Shown here in pieces: positions 9,147 to 19,014 of a stretch of DNA of 64,000 bases. The position numbers were made by a program, and so were the translations under genes. Numbering within the stretch: the first letter of the stretch is position 1; each line of letters opens with the position of its first letter. The stretch is from contig DGHT01000036.1 in assembly GCA_002392765.1 (NCBI GenBank), positions 2,870 through 66,869 on the forward strand, in the 5' to 3' direction. The notes under the pieces are model-generated. The model did no database searches and had not been told where the DNA came from. It saw nothing but the letters and a program-made list of their open reading frames with translations. This DNA comes from Verrucomicrobia bacterium UBA3841 (GTDB lineage Bacteria > Verrucomicrobiota > Kiritimatiellia > RFP12 > UBA1067).

Positions 9147-10250
9147 ATGGTCAATTACAAAGGACTTGTGAAAAGCCTGGAGAATTCCGGCGAGCCGCTC
9201 GGTCTTCTGACCATGCAGGCGACCGGAACCACGGACCGCATCATGAAAGCGTTTCCAGGGCGTCTGAAGGCTCTTTTTTCCGCAGAGCACGGTTTTTTCG
9301 GATCGGCGTCCCCCGGCGAGAAAACGGTCAGCGCGTGGCATCCCTGGTGGAACCTTCCGATCCATTCACTCTACGGAGAACATCGCAAGCCGTCGAAGGA
9401 GATGCTTGAGGGGATAGGGCGGATGGTTGTGGACCTGACCGACATCGGCGTCAGGTGCTACCCTTATCTAGCCACCCTCAAGAACGTCCTCGAAGCATGC
9501 GCGCAGCACCATTTGCCCGTCACGGTCCTCGACCGTCAGGTGCCGATGGGCAATATTCTCGACGGCCCGATGCGCAAACCGGCGTACGCCAGCTTCGTCG
9601 CTCCGGTGAACGTTCCTTTCTGCCACGGCATGACGCCGGGCGAATGCGCGGTCTGGATCAAAAACGCCGAGAGCCTCGATATCGAACTCGACGTCGTAAA
9701 ACTCGACGGATGGCACCATCTGATGCACGAGCCTTGGCCCAATTTCGTTCCGCCGAGCCCCTCGATCAGGAACTGGGACAGCGCCGTCGCGTACCCCATG
9801 ACCGTTTTCACGGAAGCGTATCCGGCGATCGACTGCGACCGCGACGGGCCGCTCGCGTTCCGCGTCATCGGGGCGCCGTGGATGGATTCGCGCAAACTCA
9901 TGAAGGCGCTTTCAAGCGGACTCGACACGTGCGGAGTTTCGATGTCCCCCTACCGCTATTCGCCAAAGGGCGGGCCGTACGCCGGCTTCAACCTGAACGG
10001 CATACTGTTTTGGGTGTCGCGTCCGGTGGGGTACTATCCCGTGACGGCGAGCGTACTGATTTTCGCCGCGCTTCTCCAGCTTCACGGGCAGAGGGTGACG
10101 GTCGGCGCGAGGCCCGATTGGCTTGACAAACTGTACGGCTCGTCGGAAGTCCGCGACACGATAAGATCCGGCGAACTCGATACCCTCTTCCAGAACTGGA
10201 TAGAAGGGCAGGATGAATATCTCAAGACGAAAATCGATCTTTATGCGTGA
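9147..10250 (+). CDS. DUF1343 family protein, exo-beta-N-acetylmuramidase NamZ-like
   Basis: Motifs FSAEHGFFG, VVDLTDIGVRCYPYLATL and VLDRQVPMGNILDGP match my recollection of DUF1343/NamZ conserved blocks (PEHGFRG, DxQDvGxRxYTY, LDRPNP). No signal peptide. Confidence 0.6.
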   Translation: MVNYKGLVKSLENSGEPLGLLTMQATGTTDRIMKAFPGRLKALFSAEHGFFGSASPGEKTVSAWHPWWNLPIHSLYGEHRKPSKEMLEGIGRMVVDLTDIGVRCYPYLATLKNVLEACAQHHLPVTVLDRQVPMGNILDGPMRKPAYASFVAPVNVPFCHGMTPGECAVWIKNAESLDIELDVVKLDGWHHLMHEPWPNFVPPSPSIRNWDSAVAYPMTVFTEAYPAIDCDRDGPLAFRVIGAPWMDSRKLMKALSSGLDTCGVSMSPYRYSPKGGPYAGFNLNGILFWVSRPVGYYPVTASVLIFAALLQLHGQRVTVGARPDWLDKLYGSSEVRDTIRSGELDTLFQNWIEGQDEYLKTKIDLYA

Positions 10251-10251
10251 C

Positions 10252-11061
10252 ATGAACAACAAACTCCTTGTCGCGGCGCTCGTTCTGCTCGCCGCCGCCG
10301 CGTGCGAGGCCAAAAGGGATTTCAGCCTCTACCAGCCGATAATAGACAGGGCGCCGTTCGGTCCGCCGCCGGACGATCCGACGGTCGACCCCGGCACGAT
10401 CTCCGCAAAGGACGAAAAGGCCGCCGCGGCGGCCGGCGAGGAGATGGCGAAGCAGCAGCAGGAACTCATGAAATCCGTGACCGTCTGCGCCATAAACCTC
10501 GATCCCGACGGCACGGTGATGGTAGGGTTCGTCGACAACTCCAACTCGAAGTCGCCTCGCACGTATTACGTAAGGGACGGCGAAACGAGGGATGGATGGG
10601 CGGTTTCCGGGGCGGATCCCGTGGAGAAGAAGGTGACGCTGGAAAAGGATTCGGTGAAGATCGAATGCGTCCTCGGCAAGGCTTCCGGATCCTCCGGTCC
10701 GGCAGGAGCCGCGGCGCAGCCGGCGGCGTCAGCCGGTTCCGTAAGGAGCGGAACGTTCCAGGGGAGGAGTTCGCTTCTGTCGGGCAGACCGATGAAAAGC
10801 CGCAGGCAGATGCGCGAAGAGCAGGAGATGGCGGACCTCCAGGCGCGCCAGAAGGCCGCCGAGGAGGCCAAGAACGCGCGCGAAGAGGCTGCGCGCGAAC
10901 GTGAAGCGGCGAGAGCCGCCCTTGAAGAGGAGCGCGAGGCGACGAGGCAGAGTCTGATCAGCATTCAGGAAGAGTTGAAGCGCCAACGCGAAGAGCGCCG
11001 CCAGCGCGATGCGGAGGAAAAAGAGAGCGAAGACGGAGACGAGGACGATGAAAACGACTAA
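10252..11061 (+). CDS. Lipoprotein with an acidic/basic coiled-coil C-terminus
   Basis: Signal peptide MNNKLLVAALVLLAAAAC (lipobox LAAAC). C-terminal Glu/Arg/Ala-rich heptad-like region ending EDGDEDDEND. Alternative upstream ATGs at 10213 and 10243. Confidence 0.55.
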   Translation: MNNKLLVAALVLLAAAACEAKRDFSLYQPIIDRAPFGPPPDDPTVDPGTISAKDEKAAAAAGEEMAKQQQELMKSVTVCAINLDPDGTVMVGFVDNSNSKSPRTYYVRDGETRDGWAVSGADPVEKKVTLEKDSVKIECVLGKASGSSGPAGAAAQPAASAGSVRSGTFQGRSSLLSGRPMKSRRQMREEQEMADLQARQKAAEEAKNAREEAAREREAARAALEEEREATRQSLISIQEELKRQREERRQRDAEEKESEDGDEDDEND

Positions 11062-11887
11062 AATCGAGGATTTCAGGGCGTCTCTCGCAGCCACGGGGTC
11101 CTACGAGACCGATCCGGCCTGCCTTGCACCGAAGCGCGCGAAACCGGGCGCACTGACTACGCTTCGCTTTTCGCTCGGCGTTTCCAAAGTGTTTCCGTGC
11201 TGCGCGGTCATGCAGCCTGCCGGCATGCTTACGATAGACGAATGGGCGAGGCTGTGTTTCTCGTCGGTGACCGTCGCAGAAGGGCTCGGCATGAAGGTGT
11301 CGGTCCGCGGATTCGGGAACATGAAAGCGAGAAAAGGCCCGGCGGTCGTTCTCTGCAACCACATGTCCACGATGGAGACGATAATGCTGCCGCCGATCCT
11401 GCTTTGCTACGGGCCTTTGAGCTACGTGGCGAAAGCGTCTCTCGCGCATCTGCCGTTCCTCGAAAAGGCCGCGGCGCGCACCGGCATGGTTCCGATCGGA
11501 CGCAAATCGCCGCGCGAAGATCTGATGAACATGTTCAAAATCGGCGTCGAGCGCATTTCCGGAGGATCGAACTTCCTCATCTTCCCGCAGGGGACGCGCC
11601 AGAAGGTGTTCAGCAGGAAGGTGTTCTCTTCGATCGGCGCGAAGCTCGCGGAGAAGGCGGGATGCGAGATAGTGCCGATGGTCGTGGACACGCGCTGCCA
11701 GCCTACGCGCGAGAAGGGAATGCTCAAAAGGTTTTTCAAGGATTTCGGACCCGTGGACACGTCGTACGACATAAAATGCGAATGCGGACCCGCAGTCCCG
11801 GCGGGGAAATCCAAGGAAATGCACGAGCGCACGTTCGACTGGATGGCGTCGAAACTCGAAGAATGGGGTCTTCCGGTGGAGCGGTGA
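11048..11887 (+). CDS. Lysophospholipid acyltransferase (PlsC/LPLAT family)
   Basis: NHMSTMET (HX4D variant) and FPQGTR acyltransferase motifs. ATG 11048 in frame with the longer ORF; the upstream extension overlaps the previous gene. Confidence 0.65.
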   Translation: MKTTKIEDFRASLAATGSYETDPACLAPKRAKPGALTTLRFSLGVSKVFPCCAVMQPAGMLTIDEWARLCFSSVTVAEGLGMKVSVRGFGNMKARKGPAVVLCNHMSTMETIMLPPILLCYGPLSYVAKASLAHLPFLEKAAARTGMVPIGRKSPREDLMNMFKIGVERISGGSNFLIFPQGTRQKVFSRKVFSSIGAKLAEKAGCEIVPMVVDTRCQPTREKGMLKRFFKDFGPVDTSYDIKCECGPAVPAGKSKEMHERTFDWMASKLEEWGLPVER

Positions 11888-12732
11888 TGAAGCTTCTGTT
11901 TCTAGGAACCGGGACGTCTACAGGCGTACCCCAGATCGGTTGCGGATGCCGCGTCTGCACGTCCCGCGACCCGCGCGACAGGCGCCGCAGGTGCGGAGCG
12001 TACGTTTCCACGCAGACGTCGGCGATTCTCGTGGACACGCCGCCGGAATTGAGGCTTTCGCTCGTCGAGCGCGGCATCGCCAAAGTCGACGCCGTCGTCC
12101 TGACCCATGCGCACATGGACCATGTGGCATCGTTCGACGACATCCGCCGTTTCAACACGATCAACGGCAAGAGGGTCGAATGCGATCCATCGTCGCCCGG
12201 CGCCAACGGCAGGACGTGGCGCATCGAAGGCAGGCCGATCGAATGCTACGCCATGCCCGAAACGATTTCGCAGATGCACGCGATATTCCCGTACATCTCC
12301 GACAAGGCCGGCGAAAACGGACTTTTCCGTCCGCAGATACTCTTCAAAGACAACACGAAGCCTTTTTCAGCGGGCGATATCGAGGTTTCCTCGTTCCCGG
12401 TTGAACATGGCTTTCCGTGCTGCGGATATGTTTTCAGAGAAAAGGGCGCGGACATTTCCCGCGCAGTCGCGTATGCGAGCGACTGCCATTCCATGCCCGA
12501 GGAGTCCGTCGAGGCGATCCGCGGCGTCGGCGTTCTCGTGATCGACTGCCTAAGGGAAAGGATCCACCCGACGCACATGAACCTCGAACGCGCGCTGGAG
12601 TGCATCGCCCGCGTCGGGCCGTCCAGGGCGTATCTGACGCACATGTGCCACGATCTCACGCACGAAGACTGGCTCGCGAGGCTGCCGGCCGGAGTCGAAC
12701 CCGCATACGACGGATTGGAGGTTACGGTATGA
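11887..12732 (+). CDS. MBL-fold metallo-hydrolase (PhnP/RNase Z-like)
   Basis: MKLLFLGTGTSTGVPQIGC opening, THAHMDH metal-binding motif, ends AYDGLEVTV. ATG overlaps the upstream TGA (GTGATG). Confidence 0.75.
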   Translation: MKLLFLGTGTSTGVPQIGCGCRVCTSRDPRDRRRRCGAYVSTQTSAILVDTPPELRLSLVERGIAKVDAVVLTHAHMDHVASFDDIRRFNTINGKRVECDPSSPGANGRTWRIEGRPIECYAMPETISQMHAIFPYISDKAGENGLFRPQILFKDNTKPFSAGDIEVSSFPVEHGFPCCGYVFREKGADISRAVAYASDCHSMPEESVEAIRGVGVLVIDCLRERIHPTHMNLERALECIARVGPSRAYLTHMCHDLTHEDWLARLPAGVEPAYDGLEVTV

Positions 12733-13577
12733 GAAGCAAGATGTTCTACGCCATGTTCGCCATGCTGGTTTCGGCGGCGCATGCGCGCACTGGAAATTTT
12801 TCCGAAATTTCGGTCGATCTGAAACTCGACGAAATCACGTACGTCGTCGGCGAAAGGATAAGGGGCGTCGTGGATATCAAGAGCGTCACGACGGACGTCG
12901 TCAGCGCCGGATACGCGGATTCGCCCGACCGGTTCTTCATCGAGGTTTACAGGGCGGCGTCGCACGAACAGCTGCAGCGCCTCGGCCAGAAGAAATTCAC
13001 GGCGCCGTTCCTTATCAAGGCGAACGAGGGGCAGAAGCTCGAAACATACCTCGGCGACCACTACCATCTTCTTTCCGAAGGGCGCTACCTCGCCCGTCCC
13101 GTTCTCGTGCACGGCGGCTACCGCTACGAGGGACAGTACAGGGCGTTCGATGTCATCGGCGGCATGGATGTGGCGAAAGCGGTCCAGATGTTCTCCACGA
13201 GGAAAAACCTCCGCCGCACGTTCACGCTTGTGCGCTGGTCCCGCAACGGATACGAGCATCTTTTCCTGCGCGCGGAAGATTCGTACGACGACGGGGCGAA
13301 TTCTTCGGTCCGCCGCACCACGGATATAGGGCCGTTCATGAAATCCACGCAGCCCACTATTTCGATAATGCCCGGAGGCGAGGTCGTGGTGATCCACCGC
13401 AACGGGGCGGATTCCTTCGTGCGCAGCGAATTCTGGTCGCTGCCGGACGAACTCGACTTCCGCTCGCGGACGTCCATTCTCGACCCCGAGACGGCGGGCC
13501 AGCAGAGGGTCAGGCAGATTTACGAAGAGGCGGGCGGGGTCCAGCCCGTCGACAAACCATGGTGGAAGTTCTGGTGA
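12729..13577 (+). CDS. Hypothetical secreted protein
   Basis: ATG overlaps the MBL stop. Signal peptide MRSKMFYAMFAMLVSAAHA. Balanced composition, whereas the minus-strand 596-aa ORF is Ser/Ala/Arg-rich. No family recognised. Confidence 0.5.
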   Translation: MRSKMFYAMFAMLVSAAHARTGNFSEISVDLKLDEITYVVGERIRGVVDIKSVTTDVVSAGYADSPDRFFIEVYRAASHEQLQRLGQKKFTAPFLIKANEGQKLETYLGDHYHLLSEGRYLARPVLVHGGYRYEGQYRAFDVIGGMDVAKAVQMFSTRKNLRRTFTLVRWSRNGYEHLFLRAEDSYDDGANSSVRRTTDIGPFMKSTQPTISIMPGGEVVVIHRNGADSFVRSEFWSLPDELDFRSRTSILDPETAGQQRVRQIYEEAGGVQPVDKPWWKFW

Positions 13578-13581
13578 CGGC

Positions 13582-14739
13582 GTGAACATATTCGGAATAG
13601 AGACTAGCTGCGACGAGACGGCGTGCGCTGTCGTGAAGGACGGGCGCACGGTGCTGTCAAACGTCGTGTACACGCAGATACCGCTGCACATCCCGTACGG
13701 AGGGGTCGTTCCGGAGATCGCGTCCAGGGCGCACGTCGAAAAAATCCCCGAGGTCCTTTCCGCGGCGATGTCGGCGTTCCGCGCGGCGGAACCATCCGGC
13801 GCGATAGACGCCGTCGCCGTGACGTACGGCCCCGGGCTTTCGCCCGCGCTGATCGTCGGGCTCAACGCGGCGAAGGGGCTCGCGGCGGCTCTGCGCGTTC
13901 CGCTTTTCGCGATAAACCACATAGAGGCGCATCTGCATACGCCGTTTCTGCGCGACGCCGGCGATCCGCCGGACGATTGCGCGCTCGAGGATTGCTTCCC
14001 TGCGCTGGGGCTGGCCGTGTCCGGCGGACACACCAACTGGTTCGATCTCGAAGACGTGGGAAGCTACGCCACGATCGGGCAGACGCTCGACGATGCGGCG
14101 GGCGAGGCGTTCGACAAGGCGGCGAAACTGCTCGGACTCGGATATCCCGGCGGACCGGTCCTGGACAAAATCGCGAAGGCGTACGTTCCGGACGCGCCTT
14201 TCGTCCCGTTCCCAAAAGGGCGTCCGAGGGAAGGGGTCGCGTCGCTGGCCGGACTTCCTGCGGAACTTTGCGTCTCGTTTTCCGGACTCAAAACCGCGCT
14301 TTTGAGATATGTCGAAGCCAACCCTTCCGTCAAGTATTCCGACGACGGCGCCGACGGCGTCGAATATGCGCCCGGACGCAGGGTTTCCCGCAGAATGGCG
14401 CATGTCGTCGCGTCCTACCAGGAGGCTGTGGTGGGGGCGATCGTCGACAGGACGCGCACGGCCCTCTCGCGCCGCCCCTACAGATCGCTGATCGTCGGCG
14501 GCGGCGTTTCGCTCAACTCGCGCCTGAGATCGGTTTTGAAGGACGCGGCGGACGGCGCGGGTGTGCGTCTTCTGCTGGCGAAGCCGAAATACTGCGGCGA
14601 CAACGCCGCGATGATAGCGGCGCTTGCCTATTTCAAGCGCGATTTTGAAGGCGGCGCGGCGATGTCGCTCGACGTTTCGCCTTCGCTCGAAATACCGTCC
14701 GCCGCGCAAGGCGGCGGCGACAACGGAGGAAATTGCTGA
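13582..14739 (+). CDS. tsaD: tRNA N6-adenosine threonylcarbamoyltransferase
   Basis: GTG start. IFGIETSCDETACAVV N-terminus. Kae1/Gcp/TsaD family throughout. Confidence 0.85.
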   Translation: MNIFGIETSCDETACAVVKDGRTVLSNVVYTQIPLHIPYGGVVPEIASRAHVEKIPEVLSAAMSAFRAAEPSGAIDAVAVTYGPGLSPALIVGLNAAKGLAAALRVPLFAINHIEAHLHTPFLRDAGDPPDDCALEDCFPALGLAVSGGHTNWFDLEDVGSYATIGQTLDDAAGEAFDKAAKLLGLGYPGGPVLDKIAKAYVPDAPFVPFPKGRPREGVASLAGLPAELCVSFSGLKTALLRYVEANPSVKYSDDGADGVEYAPGRRVSRRMAHVVASYQEAVVGAIVDRTRTALSRRPYRSLIVGGGVSLNSRLRSVLKDAADGAGVRLLLAKPKYCGDNAAMIAALAYFKRDFEGGAAMSLDVSPSLEIPSAAQGGGDNGGNC

Positions 14740-15534
14740 ATGTCAGGCGGCGTAAAACACAAAGGGCCCCGCGAGCGGCTTTCCGGCGGGGAATGGATAT
14801 ACGGACGCAACCCCGTCGAAGAGGCGCTCGCGGCAGGCAGACGCGAGGCGACGGAAATAGTCCTTCCGCCGTACGCTGAGGGAGAGGACGGCCAGCTGGC
14901 GAGAATACGCGACGAGGCCCGGTCGAGACGCATACCGATTATGACAATGGACAGGGACCGTCTCGACAAACTCGTGCGCTTCGGCCACCACCAGGGCGTC
15001 GCGATGAAGGTTTCGCCGTACCCGTACGTCGAACTCGATGAAATCCTTTCCGGCGCCGAGGAGGACGACAACGCGACGATCCTCTTCCTCGACCATCTCG
15101 AAGACCCGCAGAACCTCGGATCCATACTCCGGACGGCCTGCGCGACGGGCGTGAAGGGGGTCGTAATCCCCGACGACAGGGCATGCGGCGTCACACCGGC
15201 CGCGGCGAGGGCGTCGGCGGGCGGTTCGGAATACGTGAAAGTGTGCAGGACGGTCAATCTCGTGCGCGCGATGAAAGCGGCGAAGGAGGCGGGATTCTGG
15301 CTCACGGGACTCGACTGGGGCGAAGACGCCAAGCCGTACACGGAGATCGATTTCAAAGGCCGCACCGGAATCGTGGTCGGCGCGGAAGGGGCCGGGATAT
15401 CGCGACTTGCGAGAGAGACGTGCGATTTCATCGCATATCTTCCGATGCCGGGCGGGTTCGAGTCCCTGAACGCCGGCGTGGCCGCCGCGGTGGCGCTTTA
15501 CGAAACGCTAAGACAGAAAGGAACCGGGAAATGA
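14740..15534 (+). CDS. rlmB: 23S rRNA (guanosine-2'-O)-methyltransferase RlmB (SpoU/TrmH family)
   Basis: SPOUT motifs LFLDHLEDPQNLGSILRTA, GIVVGAEGAGIS and ESLNAGVAAAVALYE. Confidence 0.8.
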   Translation: MSGGVKHKGPRERLSGGEWIYGRNPVEEALAAGRREATEIVLPPYAEGEDGQLARIRDEARSRRIPIMTMDRDRLDKLVRFGHHQGVAMKVSPYPYVELDEILSGAEEDDNATILFLDHLEDPQNLGSILRTACATGVKGVVIPDDRACGVTPAAARASAGGSEYVKVCRTVNLVRAMKAAKEAGFWLTGLDWGEDAKPYTEIDFKGRTGIVVGAEGAGISRLARETCDFIAYLPMPGGFESLNAGVAAAVALYETLRQKGTGK

Positions 15535-16349
15535 ACAAAGAACTCTACATCAATCCCCCGCTCGTCGACCGGGCGTACGACTGGCGCAACGGTCCTCAGC
15601 CGAAGACTCGCCGCGAACTCGACAGGTTTTTCACATGCGCCGCGATAACGCGCGTCAAAGAGCAGATCTGCGAGATGGGGCGCAGGATATACGCCAAAGG
15701 GTACACCGACGGCAACGGCGGCAACATTTCGGTGCGTGTCGGCGAAGACCTGATCCTGTGCACGCCGACACTCTGCTGCAAGGGGTTCATGAAGCCGGAG
15801 GATATCTGTCTCGTCGATTTCAACGCCGGACAGCTCTGCGGCTACCGTCCGAGGACGTCCGAAGTCCGCGTACACATCGCGATGATGCGCGCCACCGGGA
15901 TGAACGCGTGCATGCACTGCCACCCGCCGCACTGCAACGCGTTCATTTTTGCGGGCATCGTCCCGCCCAGCGGAATCAATCCCGAGGCCGACATATTTCT
16001 CAACCAGATTCCGATGGCGCCCTACGGCACGCCCGGCACGGACGAAGTCGCGGAGAACGTCGCCGAGGCAGCCAAAAAATCGAACGTCGTTTTCATGGAG
16101 AACCACGGCATAGTGTGCGGCGGACGCGACGTGGAGGAGGCGGAATGGTTCGCGGAGAACGCGGATGCGTACTGCCAGGTGCTGCTTCTCGCCGCCGGGC
16201 ACGGAGCGAAGGTGCAGCAGGTTTCCGAAAAATACGTCAAGGCTTTCATGGACATCCGCAAGGCGCTCGGCCTCGCCGTCCCGAAGGGCCAGAAGACGTA
16301 CAACACCAACAAATTCAACGGCTACACGATGAAAAAGACGGGCAGGTGA
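15531..16349 (+). CDS. Class II aldolase/adducin family protein
   Basis: ATG 15531 overlaps the rlmB stop. TDGNGGNISVR and MHCHPPH metal-ligand-like motifs. 272 aa. Confidence 0.65.
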   Translation: MNKELYINPPLVDRAYDWRNGPQPKTRRELDRFFTCAAITRVKEQICEMGRRIYAKGYTDGNGGNISVRVGEDLILCTPTLCCKGFMKPEDICLVDFNAGQLCGYRPRTSEVRVHIAMMRATGMNACMHCHPPHCNAFIFAGIVPPSGINPEADIFLNQIPMAPYGTPGTDEVAENVAEAAKKSNVVFMENHGIVCGGRDVEEAEWFAENADAYCQVLLLAAGHGAKVQQVSEKYVKAFMDIRKALGLAVPKGQKTYNTNKFNGYTMKKTGR

Positions 16350-16401
16350 TTCCCGCCCGGAAAAAGCTCTGTCAGCAAACATAAACAAAGGGGAACAAAA
16401 A

Positions 16402-17301
16402 ATGAGCAAACCAACATTGGCGGTTCTCGCCGCAGGCATGGGATCAAGATACGGCGGGCTTAAGCAGGTCGATCCGGTCGGACCATCCGGCGAGGCCATA
16501 CTCGACTACTCCGTATTCGATGCCGTCCGCGCCGGATTCGGCAAGGTCGTATTCATCATCCGCAAGGATTTCGAAGCGGAATTCAAGGAAAAAGTCGGCA
16601 GGAAGTACGAAGGGCTCGTGCCGGTCGACTACTGCTTCCAGGACATCAACGACCTGCCCGCGCCGTATTCCGTCCCGGAAGGCCGCACTAAACCCTGGGG
16701 CACGGCGCACGCGACCCGCGCCGCCCGCAACGCCGTCAAGGAGCCGTTCGCGGTGATCAACGCCGACGATTTCTACGGCCGCGACGCTTTCGTCAAACTC
16801 GGCGCGTTCCTGTCGAACGCCAAGCCGATGCATTTCGCGATGGTCGGATACAGGCTCGACCTCACGCTGTCCGAGAACGGATCTGTCGCGCGCGGCATCT
16901 GCACGGTCGGCGGCGACGGATCGCTCAAGGCCGTCACCGAGATGACCAAGCTCGTCAAGGCCGGCGACGTCGCCGAGAACCGCGAGAATCCCGAAGCCCC
17001 CGTGAAAGTTCCGCTCGACTCGCGCGTGTCGATGAATCTCTGGGGCTTCACGCCGGAGCTTTTCGCGGAACTCGAAGAGCGCTTTCCGAAATGGCTGGCC
17101 GCGAACGGCGCGAAAGAGAAGAGCGAGTGGTACATACCTTTCGTCGTCGACGAACTGATCCGCGAAGGCAAGGCTACATGCAGCGTCCTTCCAACCGATT
17201 CCAGCTGGTTCGGCGTCACGTACCGCGAAGACAAGCCGTACGTCATGGCCGAGATCAAGAAGCTCGTCGATGCGGGCGAATATCCCGTGAAACTTTTCTG
17301 A
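16402..17301 (+). CDS. Sugar-1-phosphate nucleotidyltransferase (MurU / UDP-sugar pyrophosphorylase-like)
   Basis: N-terminal LAVLAAGMGSRYGGLKQVDP nucleotide-binding G-rich loop of NTP-transferases. 299 aa. Immediately followed by an anomeric-kinase-like gene. Confidence 0.6.
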   Translation: MSKPTLAVLAAGMGSRYGGLKQVDPVGPSGEAILDYSVFDAVRAGFGKVVFIIRKDFEAEFKEKVGRKYEGLVPVDYCFQDINDLPAPYSVPEGRTKPWGTAHATRAARNAVKEPFAVINADDFYGRDAFVKLGAFLSNAKPMHFAMVGYRLDLTLSENGSVARGICTVGGDGSLKAVTEMTKLVKAGDVAENRENPEAPVKVPLDSRVSMNLWGFTPELFAELEERFPKWLAANGAKEKSEWYIPFVVDELIREGKATCSVLPTDSSWFGVTYREDKPYVMAEIKKLVDAGEYPVKLF

Positions 17302-17338
17302 CGACCGCAACTCCAAACACAAAACAAGGAAACATCGA

Positions 17339-18388
17339 ATGTCAAACCGCACATATACCGAAGAAGAACTCAGGAGCGTGCTGGGATCGTTCGGCGTCAA
17401 GGACGTCGCGTCAGTCGCCCGCTACGGATCGGGCCACATCAACGACACCTTCAGGGCGATAGACGCCGCCGGGACGAGCTACATTCTCCAGCGGATCAAC
17501 ACCGACATCTTCCCCGATCCGGACGCGATGATGTCCAACATCTCCCGCGTCACTTCGCACATCCGCTCCAAAGGCGGAAAATCGCTCGAAGTGCTCGGCT
17601 ATTCCAACCCCTGGCGCCTTTACGCGTTCATCACGGGCGCGCGCACGGTCGATCTCATCGAAAACGCCAACCAGGCGTTTCTCGCGGCCAACGCGTTCGC
17701 GAAATTCCAGAACGACCTCGCGGATCTGCCCGCGCCGCGTCTCAACGAAATACTGCCGAAGTTCCACGACACGGTCAACAGGCTCGCTCTTCTCGACGCC
17801 GCAGCGAAGGCGGACGTGAAGGGGCGTCTCGCGTCTGTGTCTCGCGAAATGGACTTCATCGCCGCAAGGCGGGAAGAGGCCGGACGCATCGTCGCCGGTC
17901 TCGCGTCGGGCGAGATCCCCGAGCGCATCACGCACAACGACACCAAGATCAACAACGTCATGCTCGACGATGTCACGCAGGAAGGCGTGGCCGTCATAGA
18001 CCTCGATACGACCATGCCCGGAAGCGCGCTGTACGATTTCGGCGACATGGTGCGCACGTCCACGGCGGCCGCGGCGGAGGACGAAAAGGATCTCGACAAG
18101 GTGTTCTCCCGCAAGGAGTATTTCGAGGCGCTCGTCAAGGGGTATCTCAAGGACGCGAAGTTCCTCAACGCCGCGGAGCTGGACGCGCTCGCGTTTTCCG
18201 GCCGTCTCATCACCCTTACCATCGGCATAAGGTTCCTCACGGACTATCTCGCCGGCGACACCTACTTCAGGACCGCCTACGACGACCACAACCTCGTGCG
18301 CTGCCGCACGCAGCTGAAGATGGTCCGGTCGATGGAGGACCAGCGCGGCGAGTACGAAAGAATCGTCAAGCAATACTCCGCCAAATGA
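17339..18388 (+). CDS. APH/choline-kinase-fold anomeric sugar kinase (AmgK/NahK-like)
   Basis: YGSGHINDTF nucleotide-loop region. Brenner catalytic motif HNDTKINNVMLDD. IDLDT(DxD-like) motif. 349 aa. Confidence 0.6.
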   Translation: MSNRTYTEEELRSVLGSFGVKDVASVARYGSGHINDTFRAIDAAGTSYILQRINTDIFPDPDAMMSNISRVTSHIRSKGGKSLEVLGYSNPWRLYAFITGARTVDLIENANQAFLAANAFAKFQNDLADLPAPRLNEILPKFHDTVNRLALLDAAAKADVKGRLASVSREMDFIAARREEAGRIVAGLASGEIPERITHNDTKINNVMLDDVTQEGVAVIDLDTTMPGSALYDFGDMVRTSTAAAAEDEKDLDKVFSRKEYFEALVKGYLKDAKFLNAAELDALAFSGRLITLTIGIRFLTDYLAGDTYFRTAYDDHNLVRCRTQLKMVRSMEDQRGEYERIVKQYSAK

Positions 18389-19014
18389 AAATCGAAGCCT
18401 GCGTATTCGATTTCGGCGGAGTCATGACGACTTCGACAATGCCCGAGAGGGTGCGGCCTCTGGTCGCATCCCTCGGGCTGGAATGGAAGATCGTCGACGA
18501 GGGTTTCGCGAAATACCGCCGTCTGATGGACGGCGATTTCATCACCATCGACGAGATGTATTCGAAAATCTGGCAGGACGCCGGAATCGACGTCCCCGCC
18601 GAAGTCACCGCGAAAATCGTGGAAGAAGACCAGGCCAGTTTCCTTTATCCGAACCTCGAAACGCTCGCCTTCATGCGCTCGTTGAAAGAGCGTGGTTTCG
18701 CGATAGGGATTCTGACGAACATGTGTTCGTCTTTCGCGGCGCTTTTCAGAAAGCATTTCACGGATTTCATTTCGCTCTCGGACGCGACGGTCATATCGGG
18801 CGAAGAGCATCTTTACAAACCGATGCGCGCGATATACGACCTTCTTCGCGGAAAACTCGGCACGGAAGCCGGCCGGATATGTTTTTTCGACGATGTCGAA
18901 GCAAACTGCCGGGGGGCGAGAGACGCGGGGTGGCAGGCGATCCGCTTCAGCGATGCGAAACAGGCGGAAGCGGATTTGCTGAAACTGACCGGAGAGCCGG
19001 GTGCCGGAGCCTGA
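18385..19014 (+). CDS. HAD-superfamily phosphatase
   Basis: Motif I VFDFGGVMT (DxG). ILTN motif II. FFDDVEAN motif IV. ATG overlaps the upstream TGA. Confidence 0.7.
   Translation: MKIEACVFDFGGVMTTSTMPERVRPLVASLGLEWKIVDEGFAKYRRLMDGDFITIDEMYSKIWQDAGIDVPAEVTAKIVEEDQASFLYPNLETLAFMRSLKERGFAIGILTNMCSSFAALFRKHFTDFISLSDATVISGEEHLYKPMRAIYDLLRGKLGTEAGRICFFDDVEANCRGARDAGWQAIRFSDAKQAEADLLKLTGEPGAGA

Noticed and set aside
12246-14036. 596-aa minus-strand ORF spanning the MBL, hypothetical and tsaD genes
   Set aside because: Ser/Ala/Arg-rich low-complexity translation with no domain signatures. The plus strand carries recognisable genes (tsaD, MBL) with operon-style overlaps. Typical antisense ORF of a high-GC genome.
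15183-15530. Upstream extensions of the aldolase (15183), acyltransferase (11009), MBL (11197), PfkB (25420) and MBL-Tat (27615) ORFs
   Set aside because: Each extension overlaps the preceding gene in another frame. Internal ATGs that overlap the upstream stop by 1-4 nt give proteins starting at the conserved N-termini.
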